Shown: piece after piece, positions 25,854 to 32,759 of the stretch
Position numbering within the stretch: position 1 is the stretch's first letter
Layout: each line of letters starts with the position of its first letter
Origin: a virus
Taxonomy: Duplodnaviria > Caudoviricetes
DNA: 43,715 nt
Strand: one strand, 5' to 3'
Virus record (IMG/VR): IMGVR_UViG_3300017707_001269
Span: 1 to 43,715 of that record
Translations under genes and position numbers: made by a program
The notes under the pieces: generated by a model
Databases searched by the model: none
Told to the model about the DNA's origin: nothing
What the model saw: the letters and a program-made list of their open reading frames with translations, nothing else

Positions 25854-27122
25854 ATGAACGCTTTGAAATCTTTGCTGTTGTCTGCGGCGCTTGCGGCATC
25901 GGCGGTATTTGCACAGCCGGTCACACTGGACGCGACCGTAACCTTCCCCGGTGGTCTGCCAATCGGCTTAACAGGCCCGGCAGGCCCCACGGGTCCGCAG
26001 GGTATCCAGGGCATCCAAGGCATCCAGGGCGCAACCGGACCACAAGGCCCCGCAGGATCTGGCGGCGGCTCCGGCTATTCACAGCGACCCGCAATCTTCG
26101 CACCAGCTGCAAACGAATCGGCATTCAAGAAGGGCAGTGGAAACACCGTCTATTTCAAAGCCGGCGCACAGCTGGAAATCGGCGGCGTTCTCTGCGCCCC
26201 AACGTCTGACCAGGCGGTAACCGGAGCAACTCTCGTTGCGGGGGCTGATTACCGCATCGTTGCTAAAACGGACTGCTCTACCCAATACATCACCTATAGC
26301 GATTCCATCCCGAGTGGTGGCGTGGTTGTTGGTGGATTCCACCACCTCATCGGTGCCCCAGCGACCGACCTAAGCACGGGCGGCAACACGACGCCAACCG
26401 TCCTTGAGTGGTCAATCTGGGATCTCAGCTTCCGCCCGAAGTGCGACCCTCGCGGCATGACGCGGGTAGGCAATGCCGGGTTCTGGATTGATATTTACTT
26501 CCAAGGCAACAGCTCTATCGCTGATGGCGTCAGCCGCAACAACGACACAATCCTGACGGGCTCTAATCCACCTCGCAGGCCGACAGACTACGGGGGCAAC
26601 GGTTCCGCCAACTTCAGCACTATGAACTGGTGGGAGTCAAACGAACATCTGCGCCAGTGGGGTAAGAGACTCCCCGCCTATGAAGAGGTGGTGTTAGCCG
26701 CCTTCGGAACAAACGAGGGGGCAGGGCGCGGCAATCATCCGGTGAAAACGGGCTTTGCGACATACAACTCAGCGACCTCAAGCAGCGACCCGAACTTCAC
26801 CAGCAAGTGGGGGCTGATTCAGGTTACCGGCGTTCTGTGGCACTGGACCTCTACGTTTTCGGCCTGGCAAGGAACGGCAACCTCGAACGCTTGGGGCTGG
26901 GAGGCTTACAACAACACGGGTGGCCGCGGTAAATCCATCATGCAAACGGATCGCAACGCGACTGTGTTGCTGTTTGGCGCAAGCAATGTTTACACCAGCT
27001 CTGGCAGTCCTACCGGCGCCACTGGTGTAGCGGGTTCTCGCTCCATGGAGACGATTGAGACGCCTTGGGACAACAGCAGCAACATCGCTATTCGGGGTGT
27101 TTGCGACCACATCAGCCGGTAG
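25854..27122 (+). CDS. mtd: Mtd-like C-type-lectin-fold receptor-binding protein with signal peptide and collagen repeat
   Basis: Shares BPP-1 Mtd motifs VGGFH, GGNTT, S.WD..FRP, DPRGMT.V, FW.DIY, GKRLP.Y.E, AFGT.E, FTSKWG, NTGGRG, LFG, GSR, RGVCDH. Confidence 0.85.
   Translation: MNALKSLLLSAALAASAVFAQPVTLDATVTFPGGLPIGLTGPAGPTGPQGIQGIQGIQGATGPQGPAGSGGGSGYSQRPAIFAPAANESAFKKGSGNTVYFKAGAQLEIGGVLCAPTSDQAVTGATLVAGADYRIVAKTDCSTQYITYSDSIPSGGVVVGGFHHLIGAPATDLSTGGNTTPTVLEWSIWDLSFRPKCDPRGMTRVGNAGFWIDIYFQGNSSIADGVSRNNDTILTGSNPPRRPTDYGGNGSANFSTMNWWESNEHLRQWGKRLPAYEEVVLAAFGTNEGAGRGNHPVKTGFATYNSATSSSDPNFTSKWGLIQVTGVLWHWTSTFSAWQGTATSNAWGWEAYNNTGGRGKSIMQTDRNATVLLFGASNVYTSSGSPTGATGVAGSRSMETIETPWDNSSNIAIRGVCDHISR
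25965..26054 (+). repeat. Collagen-like (Gly-X-Y)10 coding repeat
   Basis: GLT GPA GPT GPQ GIQ GIQ GIQ GAT GPQ GPA. Confidence 0.9.
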
Positions 27123-27125
27123 GGG

Positions 27126-27395
27126 GTGAGTGTGAATCAAGCACAACAACAGGCAGTTGAAACCACTGTGGACGCAACTCTTGCAGCGGTGGGTAGCAAG
27201 GTGACATGGACGGGCGCAGGGGCTGCGGTTGCTGGCTTCTTCACGTCATCGGGATTCGGGGTGCTGATCGGCGCAATTATCGGCGTGGTTGGCCTTTTTA
27301 TCCAGTGGCACTACCGCAGAAAGCAGGACCGCAGGGAAGAGGCGGCAGACCGCAGAGCCCAGGTGGAACACGAAAGAAGGATGGCAGACAAATGA
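27126..27395 (+). CDS. Holin
   Basis: Two TM segments, QWHYRRK charged tail, upstream of endolysin. Confidence 0.8.
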   Translation: MSVNQAQQQAVETTVDATLAAVGSKVTWTGAGAAVAGFFTSSGFGVLIGAIIGVVGLFIQWHYRRKQDRREEAADRRAQVEHERRMADK

Positions 27396-27574
27396 AAACC
27401 TTATTGATCGCGATTTTCATGCTGACCGGCTGCGCCACTGGCGTAACGATGGACAAAGACGAAGAGGCCGCATGCAAGGCTGAAGGTTGTACGGCGTGGA
27501 CCGTCAAAGAGCTGTCGATGCTGGCGCGAAAATTCTACAGCGAAGGCTACAAGGCCGGGGTGAATTCGCTATGA
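27392..27574 (+). CDS. Small lipoprotein in lysis cassette
   Basis: MKTLLIAIFMLTGC lipobox; ATGA coupling at both ends. Confidence 0.75.
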   Translation: MKTLLIAIFMLTGCATGVTMDKDEEAACKAEGCTAWTVKELSMLARKFYSEGYKAGVNSL

Positions 27575-28086
27575 ACTTCGATGCTGCATTTGATCGACTC
27601 ATTGGCCATGAGGGCGTATTCAGCGACGACTTCAAAGACCCGGGTAATTGGACTGGTGGCCGCGTCAACGTTGGCGAGCTGAAGGGTACAAAGTACGGCA
27701 TTGCAGCGAACACCTATGGCGACATCGATATCAAAGGCCTGACGCTGGAAGGCGCTAAGGCCATCTATTACCGTGACTGGTGGCTCAAGATCGGCGCGGA
27801 TGAATTGCCATCCCCGGTGGTCTATCAGATGTGGGACTTTGCCGTAAACGCCGGCATGGGGAAGGCGCGGGAGGCGCTCCAGTACGCCGCTGGCGTGGCG
27901 CAAGACGGAAAGATTGGCCCGCTCACCATCGCTGCCGTCAAGCGGACGGAGCTTAACGACCTCCTGCTGAAGTTCAACTCCTTCCGTTTGCGCTTCTATA
28001 CATCCCTCAGCACCTGGCCGACTTATGGCAAGGGCTGGACCAATCGCGTAGCTGGTCAACTCGATTACGCAGCACAGGACAATTGA
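27571..28086 (+). CDS. Endolysin, glycoside hydrolase family 108 with peptidoglycan-binding domain
   Basis: HEG...D..DPG...TKYGI...FAVNAG...DGKIGPLT...GKGWTNR. Confidence 0.92.
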   Translation: MNFDAAFDRLIGHEGVFSDDFKDPGNWTGGRVNVGELKGTKYGIAANTYGDIDIKGLTLEGAKAIYYRDWWLKIGADELPSPVVYQMWDFAVNAGMGKAREALQYAAGVAQDGKIGPLTIAAVKRTELNDLLLKFNSFRLRFYTSLSTWPTYGKGWTNRVAGQLDYAAQDN

Positions 28087-28087
28087 T

Positions 28088-28609
28088 ATGGACTGGACAA
28101 AAATCATCTCAACCGTCGCCCCGTGGATCGGGACTGCTATTGGTGGCCCATTGGGCGGCATGGCGGTAGAAGCTGCCGCAAACGCCCTGGGGCTGTCCGA
28201 CAAGACCATGGAGGCCGTCAAGGGTGCGGTGATGGGTGCAAGCCCGGAAACCCTGCTTGCGCTCAAAGAGGCCGACCAGCGGTTTTCCCTGCAAATGCAG
28301 GCCTTGGGCTTTCAGAGCGTCAAGGATCTGGAATCCATCGCCGCCGCAGACCGCGACAGCGCCCGCAAGATGCAGATGGAAAACAAGTCGTTCATGCCTG
28401 CGGTCATCACGGCGGGCGTGTTGTCATCCTTTGCCGGCACGCTGGTGGCGTTGTTGTTCGTCCCCATCCCTGATGCAAACCGCGACCTCATCATTTACAT
28501 GATCGGCCAGCTCAGCGGGTTTGCAGGTAGTGCCGTGGCCTTCTGGCTGGGGACCACTCGCCAGAGCGAAGAGAAGACCCGGATGCTTGCCGCCGCGCCT
28601 GCCAAATAG
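28088..28609 (+). CDS. Membrane protein, 3TM-holin-like
   Basis: AP.IGTAIGGPLGG N-terminus, DRDSARKM, two C-terminal TM segments, FWLG. Confidence 0.7.
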   Translation: MDWTKIISTVAPWIGTAIGGPLGGMAVEAAANALGLSDKTMEAVKGAVMGASPETLLALKEADQRFSLQMQALGFQSVKDLESIAAADRDSARKMQMENKSFMPAVITAGVLSSFAGTLVALLFVPIPDANRDLIIYMIGQLSGFAGSAVAFWLGTTRQSEEKTRMLAAAPAK

Positions 28610-28720
28610 TCACTTCTTCGACCTATCGCGCAGCCACTGGATAAACGCCAGCCCGGCCGCTCCGATAAACACCCCCAAAGCCACAAGTTGCCACCAAGGC
28701 AAAGTGCTTAAATCTCGCAT
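28610..28720 (-). CDS. 36-aa single-TM peptide
   Basis: Hand-translated MRDLSTLPWWQLVALGVFIGAAGLAFIQWLRDRSKK; GGAG SD. Confidence 0.6.
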   Translation of the reverse strand: MRDLSTLPWWQLVALGVFIGAAGLAFIQWLRDRSKK

Positions 28721-28786
28721 GGCAAACTCCAAAAGTTAGCCTTTCAAGATACTCCTCACGGGCAGTGAGCGGGGGTAACTAATACC

Positions 28787-29623
28787 CTATTGCGCCGGTG
28801 ATCTGACCGGAGTATTCGCGGGCGCGAGGTGCTTGAGCATCCATTCCGCCGCCTCTGCATAGGCCCCTTCTGGCGTGCGATGCTCGACTGCTGGTCTGAC
28901 GTGCAGCTCGAACACTGACGGCACGCCTTTGGACTCTGCCGCCTTGAGCATCAACTGGCTGAAATCAATCGCCTCCTGAGTGCCTACCCGGGCGTCTGCT
29001 GTGCCGATGGTCAGCCAAATAGGGGTCTGGTACAGCTTCGCGGCGAACTTCGATTGACTCGCTGCTGTGAACTTCTGCGCACCGGCTTTCGTCGGGATGA
29101 ACTCAGACAGCACCGCCAGATTGGTGACGGGCGAGAAAAGCGCTACAGCCTTGATTCGCTTGTCAGAAGCCGCCAGGTGCAGGCCAAGAAACCCGCCCCG
29201 CGAAGTTCCAAACACCCCGACGCGCTCTCGGTCAACAGCGCCATCTTTCGCCAGCTTGTCCAGCACGACATTTGCCCGGCGAACAAAATCCCCCGTGAAG
29301 TCCTTCTTTGCCGCCAGGCTCTGCGCCCAGTACACCATGGAGCGCGCCTTGGATGCCGGCAAATCCTCGCCCTCGGCTGGGCTGTCAATGGTCAGGCACA
29401 GCACGCGCTTGCACAGAATCTCGACTGCTTTTGCCTGTGGCGGGTCGCTGATGTTGTATTCGAGCTGACCACCGAGAAACAGAACCACTGGCATGGGCTT
29501 CTTGGGCATTGCGCCTATCCAGCCGTAGCGGTAGCCCTCGGGGGTTTTGGCCTGCTGTAGAGGCTCTGGAGCGGCTATGGCGTGCAGTGACAGCCAAAGA
29601 GCGGCGAGGATGAGGAGACGCAT
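28787..29623 (-). CDS. Secreted alpha/beta hydrolase (esterase/peptidase-like)
   Basis: Signal peptide MRLLILAALWLSLHAIA; nucleophile elbow GTSRG; Asp in GTADARV; His in VEHRT. Confidence 0.85.
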   Translation of the reverse strand: MRLLILAALWLSLHAIAAPEPLQQAKTPEGYRYGWIGAMPKKPMPVVLFLGGQLEYNISDPPQAKAVEILCKRVLCLTIDSPAEGEDLPASKARSMVYWAQSLAAKKDFTGDFVRRANVVLDKLAKDGAVDRERVGVFGTSRGGFLGLHLAASDKRIKAVALFSPVTNLAVLSEFIPTKAGAQKFTAASQSKFAAKLYQTPIWLTIGTADARVGTQEAIDFSQLMLKAAESKGVPSVFELHVRPAVEHRTPEGAYAEAAEWMLKHLAPANTPVRSPAQ

Positions 29624-29630
29624 GCCGCGT

Positions 29631-29672
29631 AGTTTACGGCGTCTTGTGCCTCACCTGAATCAGGCGGATAAT
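29631..29672. promoter_or_regulatory. Divergent sigma70-like promoters of the moron island
   Basis: Plus strand TTGTGC-N17-GATAAT (29644-29672); minus strand TAAACT 7 nt before the hydrolase ATG; palindrome CCTGAATCAGG between. Confidence 0.5.
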
Positions 29673-29694
29673 CAAGTCTTCCTGAAGGAATGCC

Positions 29695-29910
29695 ATGAGC
29701 CCAGCCAAGATTGATCCTCTCCAAGCGCAGATCGACTTTCTCCAAATCGCGATCACCTTTAATGAGAGAACGACTTACTTTCTTTACTTTTTGTGCTTTG
29801 TTTGCGTGGTGTGGCTCATGAGCATCTTGGCGGCCACCGTTGTCACCGCCTATCAAATTTACCAAGACAACCAGCCTCATCGCGCGAAATACAAGGGCTG
29901 GCCTTTCTGA
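29695..29910 (+). CDS. Small membrane protein (moron)
   Basis: AAGGA SD; long hydrophobic segment; lower GC. Confidence 0.6.
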   Translation: MSPAKIDPLQAQIDFLQIAITFNERTTYFLYFLCFVCVVWLMSILAATVVTAYQIYQDNQPHRAKYKGWPF

Positions 29911-29927
29911 GGGCTAATGGAAAATCT

Positions 29928-30218
29928 ATGCACACACTATTCGTGACACTGAACTACTTCGGAATAATCGCTGGGCTGATGTTTCTGGTTATGTACTATC
30001 TCGCCATGACGAGCCGAGTGGCAGCGGTGACGGTGTGCCTTGTGGTGTGCGCAAGTTTGATCCGAAGTATTGTGCTTGGTGAGCCGCTATTTGCAATCGT
30101 GATAAACGGCGGTCTGCTCGTCCTTCATGTAGTGGGTTACGCCGCATGGTTCCAATGTGGCCCATGGAGGGCTCCCAAGCCAAAGCGGAGGAGCTGGCCA
30201 TTCCCGGAAGGCGCCTAG
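29928..30218 (+). CDS. Three-TM membrane protein (moron)
   Basis: Three hydrophobic segments; basic tail. Confidence 0.6.
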   Translation: MHTLFVTLNYFGIIAGLMFLVMYYLAMTSRVAAVTVCLVVCASLIRSIVLGEPLFAIVINGGLLVLHVVGYAAWFQCGPWRAPKPKRRSWPFPEGA

Positions 30219-30336
30219 ACCTTCGGAAAGCAAAGCCACCTCTGTGAATACTCCCGCTTTCCCCGACCACCTTCACCCACTGGCTTTCAGGTAGCTCCTT
30301 TCCCTCCCGGTAGACCTCGTAGACGGTGTACTGCAT
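29989..30336 (-). CDS. Possible hypothetical protein or truncated remnant
   Basis: Plausible N-terminus after TATGCT -10; 3' part overlaps the convergent gene by about 230 bp. Confidence 0.3.
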   Translation of the reverse strand: MQYTVYEVYREGKELPESQWVKVVGESGSIHRGGFAFRRSRRLPGMASSSALAWEPSMGHIGTMRRNPLHEGRADRRLSRLQIAAHQAQYFGSNLRTPQGTPSPLPLGSSWRDST

Positions 30337-30354
30337 GCCAAAAGCATAGCGGGG

Positions 30355-30558
30355 TCAGGGGCTGACCTCGCGGCGCATTACCCACCAGTCCTGAATGGTT
30401 CCGTTAGTCCAGTGCTTTTGCCCGTAGCTGACGAAATGCCAACCCCTCGATGCCTGCTCGTTAAGCCAGTCCGTCATTTGTCTGGAATCCATGATCGGGC
30501 TTTTCGCATCCGGCGGCAGGTCTGGCTGCGTGCACTTGTACTCGTAATTTGTCATCAC
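30355..30558 (-). CDS. DUF4177-like small protein
   Basis: YEYK...LNEQASRGWHFVS...VMRRE. Confidence 0.65.
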   Translation of the reverse strand: MMTNYEYKCTQPDLPPDAKSPIMDSRQMTDWLNEQASRGWHFVSYGQKHWTNGTIQDWWVMRREVSP

Positions 30559-30779
30559 TCACTCCTTGTCGGTGATTTGCCTATGGTGCTAGGCATTAGT
30601 GAGGGCCTGCGCATGCCCCTGATGGCGTCCTTGGCCTCTTGCAAGACGTTTTCGTAGGCGCCCTCGATTGCCTCCTCAGCATCAATGCCGTAGCGCTTCT
30701 GGCTGTTCTGCCGGAGCTTGTCGGGCGAGTCGTAAGCGGCGATACGCTTGAGCGCGTCGTAAAGGCGTTGTTCATGCAT
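30555..30779 (-). CDS. Hypothetical protein
   Basis: AAGGAG SD; LYDALKRIAAY.SP..L. Confidence 0.7.
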   Translation of the reverse strand: MHEQRLYDALKRIAAYDSPDKLRQNSQKRYGIDAEEAIEGAYENVLQEAKDAIRGMRRPSLMPSTIGKSPTRSE

Positions 30780-30899
30780 GTCATCTCCTTAAAAAACTTT
30801 GGAATAGCCAGTCGCCGCCCCGCATGAATGCTGGGCCGTTATGGGGGACTTTGGAATCTGGAAAGAGGCTACTTTCCGCATGTTTGCTGGGTTTTGGTC

Positions 30900-30949
30900 C
30901 CGGCCTGTCACGCCGGGGGTCGCGGGTTCGAGTCCCGTCCACTCCGCCA
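30900..30949 (+). other. attP core: 3' part of tRNA-Asp(GTC), from anticodon arm to CCA
   Basis: CCGGCCTGTCACGCCGG GGGTCGCGGGTTCGAGTCCCGTCCACTCCGCCA; no D-arm or 5' acceptor strand; adjacent to integrase. Confidence 0.92.
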
Positions 30950-30957
30950 GTTTTACG

Positions 30958-31000
30958 GCACATTTCAGAGAGCGCATGCTAACTTTGGAATGTGCTTTTT
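30958..31000 (+). terminator. Terminator for the reconstituted tRNA after integration
   Basis: GCACATTTCAGAG...CTTTGGAATGTGC stem followed by TTTTT. Confidence 0.7.
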
Positions 31001-31011
31001 GGTTTTTGGAA

Positions 31012-31233
31012 TTAGAAACCATCAGGTGCGCGGATGACTTCGTCTATGGCGGCGTCGAGCTTCAGCCCCGTTGCGACACATGCGAGTACGTCAGACACGA
31101 CCTCTGACGTGTAGCCGTACAGACCCCAGCGCACCTCAATATCAACAGCCCTCGCGTCGTTTCCGGTCCGCATGGCTCTGGCGTAGGCTGTCAGGTCCGA
31201 TTCAGCCAATGAGGGGGTATGTTCGGTGTTCAC
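31012..31233 (-). CDS. Hypothetical protein
   Basis: AAGGA SD before GTG, directly downstream of integrase. Confidence 0.55.
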   Translation of the reverse strand: MNTEHTPSLAESDLTAYARAMRTGNDARAVDIEVRWGLYGYTSEVVSDVLACVATGLKLDAAIDEVIRAPDGF

Positions 31234-31243
31234 TTCTTTCCTT

Positions 31244-32338
31244 TCAGCCCGCAGGCGTTGCCCGCTTAACCGGGCGTCTGTCATAAACCGTTGAAATCAT
31301 CTTGTCGCTGGTGTGGCCGGTGGCGTTCTTGGTGTCGGTGTCGCCGCGCTCCAGCTTCCCGCTTACGCCCATCGGCCGGCAATCTTGCAGGCTGAAGCGC
31401 TTGAACTCAATCCCGCGTTCTGCGGCAACCTTCACGCACTCGCGCATCAGGTCATCAAGCATCGACTTCCAGCCGCCCTTTGTGTAGCGCTGGCCTTGCA
31501 TGTTGCCGAACACAAACATCGTTCCGGCGACCTTGTTGCGCTTGATGCTCAGGGCCTCGGTGATAGTTTCTCGCAGATCGGGGCTCCACTCAATCAAAAT
31601 CTTTGCCTTGGTCTTACTCTTGCCGTCTTCCCACAGAATGCCGTCTTCGCGGATGCCGTCGCGCTTGATGCCGCGAACCTCGACAGAACGGCGAACGCAC
31701 AGCCAGGCGGTCTTGAGGCCCATCGCCACGATGTGACGGGCACCGCCGAACTTGCGGCCCACTTCAACGGCAAGATCCATTTCCACGGCGGTGACAAGGC
31801 GCTTGTTCTTTACCGTCTTGTTTTTGGTCAGCTTGTCGAATGGGTTGACCACCAGCATCTTTTTGCGAATGCCGAATTCCAGAATCAGCCGGCCCAGCGC
31901 AATCTCCTTGTTGCCCTTCTCGGGCCGGCCGGCTTGCACGCAGGCCTCAAGGTAGTCGTACCCCATGGCCTTGGTGATTTCGTCGGGCTCAAGGTGGCCG
32001 AAGGCTTTAACCAGGTTCTCCGCCTCCGGCTTGTTGGCGTCCATGGTTGACTGTGCGCGCTTGCGCAGGTCGCTGGCGGGCAGCTCCTCCTGCCATTTGA
32101 ACCACGCCTTCACCAGCCCGGCAAAGCCGCCTGTAGGCACATCGGCATCAACATTCACCGATTCTTCAATCGCCTTGCGCCGTAGCTTGGCGATCTGCAC
32201 AATGTCATCAATCGGGCATTCGTAGCGGAACGCCCAGACTCCGGATTTCATCTTGTAGCCAATGCTGTACACGCGCACGCCCCGGCGCTCGTATACGCGG
32301 AACGGTAGACCATCAGGGGTGGCGCGGCGGCGAATCAT
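31244..32338 (-). CDS. int: Tyrosine integrase
   Basis: Catalytic-type residues R (CVRRSVE), K, QDCR, GH and YDR; next to tRNA att core. Confidence 0.9.
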   Translation of the reverse strand: MIRRRATPDGLPFRVYERRGVRVYSIGYKMKSGVWAFRYECPIDDIVQIAKLRRKAIEESVNVDADVPTGGFAGLVKAWFKWQEELPASDLRKRAQSTMDANKPEAENLVKAFGHLEPDEITKAMGYDYLEACVQAGRPEKGNKEIALGRLILEFGIRKKMLVVNPFDKLTKNKTVKNKRLVTAVEMDLAVEVGRKFGGARHIVAMGLKTAWLCVRRSVEVRGIKRDGIREDGILWEDGKSKTKAKILIEWSPDLRETITEALSIKRNKVAGTMFVFGNMQGQRYTKGGWKSMLDDLMRECVKVAAERGIEFKRFSLQDCRPMGVSGKLERGDTDTKNATGHTSDKMISTVYDRRPVKRATPAG

Positions 32339-32562
32339 GCTGCGGCTTTGTGCAAAAAGGAGATATTAGCGCTCTTGCGGGGCTTCTCGGAATGCCCCTG
32401 ACAGACGGCTTCGTAGTGGGCGCGCTCAAGCACCAAGGCGCCGTTGCGGTCGATAAACGCCCGGTGAAAGCCCCGCGCTTGCAGGACGTTCAATTGCTTC
32501 GTGGCCAGCTCGTAGCCAGTGATTGCGACCAATTCAGCTTCTGACAGGGTTATTCCACTCAC
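32335..32562 (-). CDS. Excisionase-like protein (DUF4224-like)
   Basis: LSEAELVAITGY....KQL..L...G; coupled upstream of integrase. Confidence 0.8.
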   Translation of the reverse strand: MSGITLSEAELVAITGYELATKQLNVLQARGFHRAFIDRNGALVLERAHYEAVCQGHSEKPRKSANISFLHKAAA

Positions 32563-32759
32563 GATTCGGCCCCTCCTTGAGCTTGCCCGGACTCAAGCCT
32601 TCGTTGCTTCGGCCCCGGCTTCGTCCACCAGGGGTAATGAGTGTGCCTCCATCCGCGAAGCCATAGCACGAACCGTAGGCGGAAGCCGCTCGGAGCGCGG
32701 ACGAAAGCGCGGGTGTAGCCGCGAACGTGAAGTCGCCATGGCTTTTCAATTCGTTCCAT
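32559..32759 (-). CDS. Small basic hypothetical protein
   Basis: Coupled within leftward operon. Confidence 0.55.
   Translation of the reverse strand: MERIEKPWRLHVRGYTRAFVRAPSGFRLRFVLWLRGWRHTHYPWWTKPGPKQRRLESGQAQGGAES

Larger units (their letters stand above)
30796..31012 (+). repeat. Four direct repeats (AC/TT)TTTGGAAT flanking the att core, putative integrase arm sites
   Basis: Copies at 30796, 30848, 30982 and 31003; two on each side of the core. Confidence 0.65.

Noticed and set aside
25854-30336. Complete diversity-generating retroelement
   Set aside because: No reverse transcriptase, Avd or template repeat visible
30791-30821. Third copy of the late element (AAAAAACTTT...)
   Set aside because: Lacks the GCCCAATAG box; better explained as an integrase arm repeat
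30900-30949. Functional phage tRNA-Asp gene
   Set aside because: The 5' acceptor strand and D-arm are absent; it is the att core
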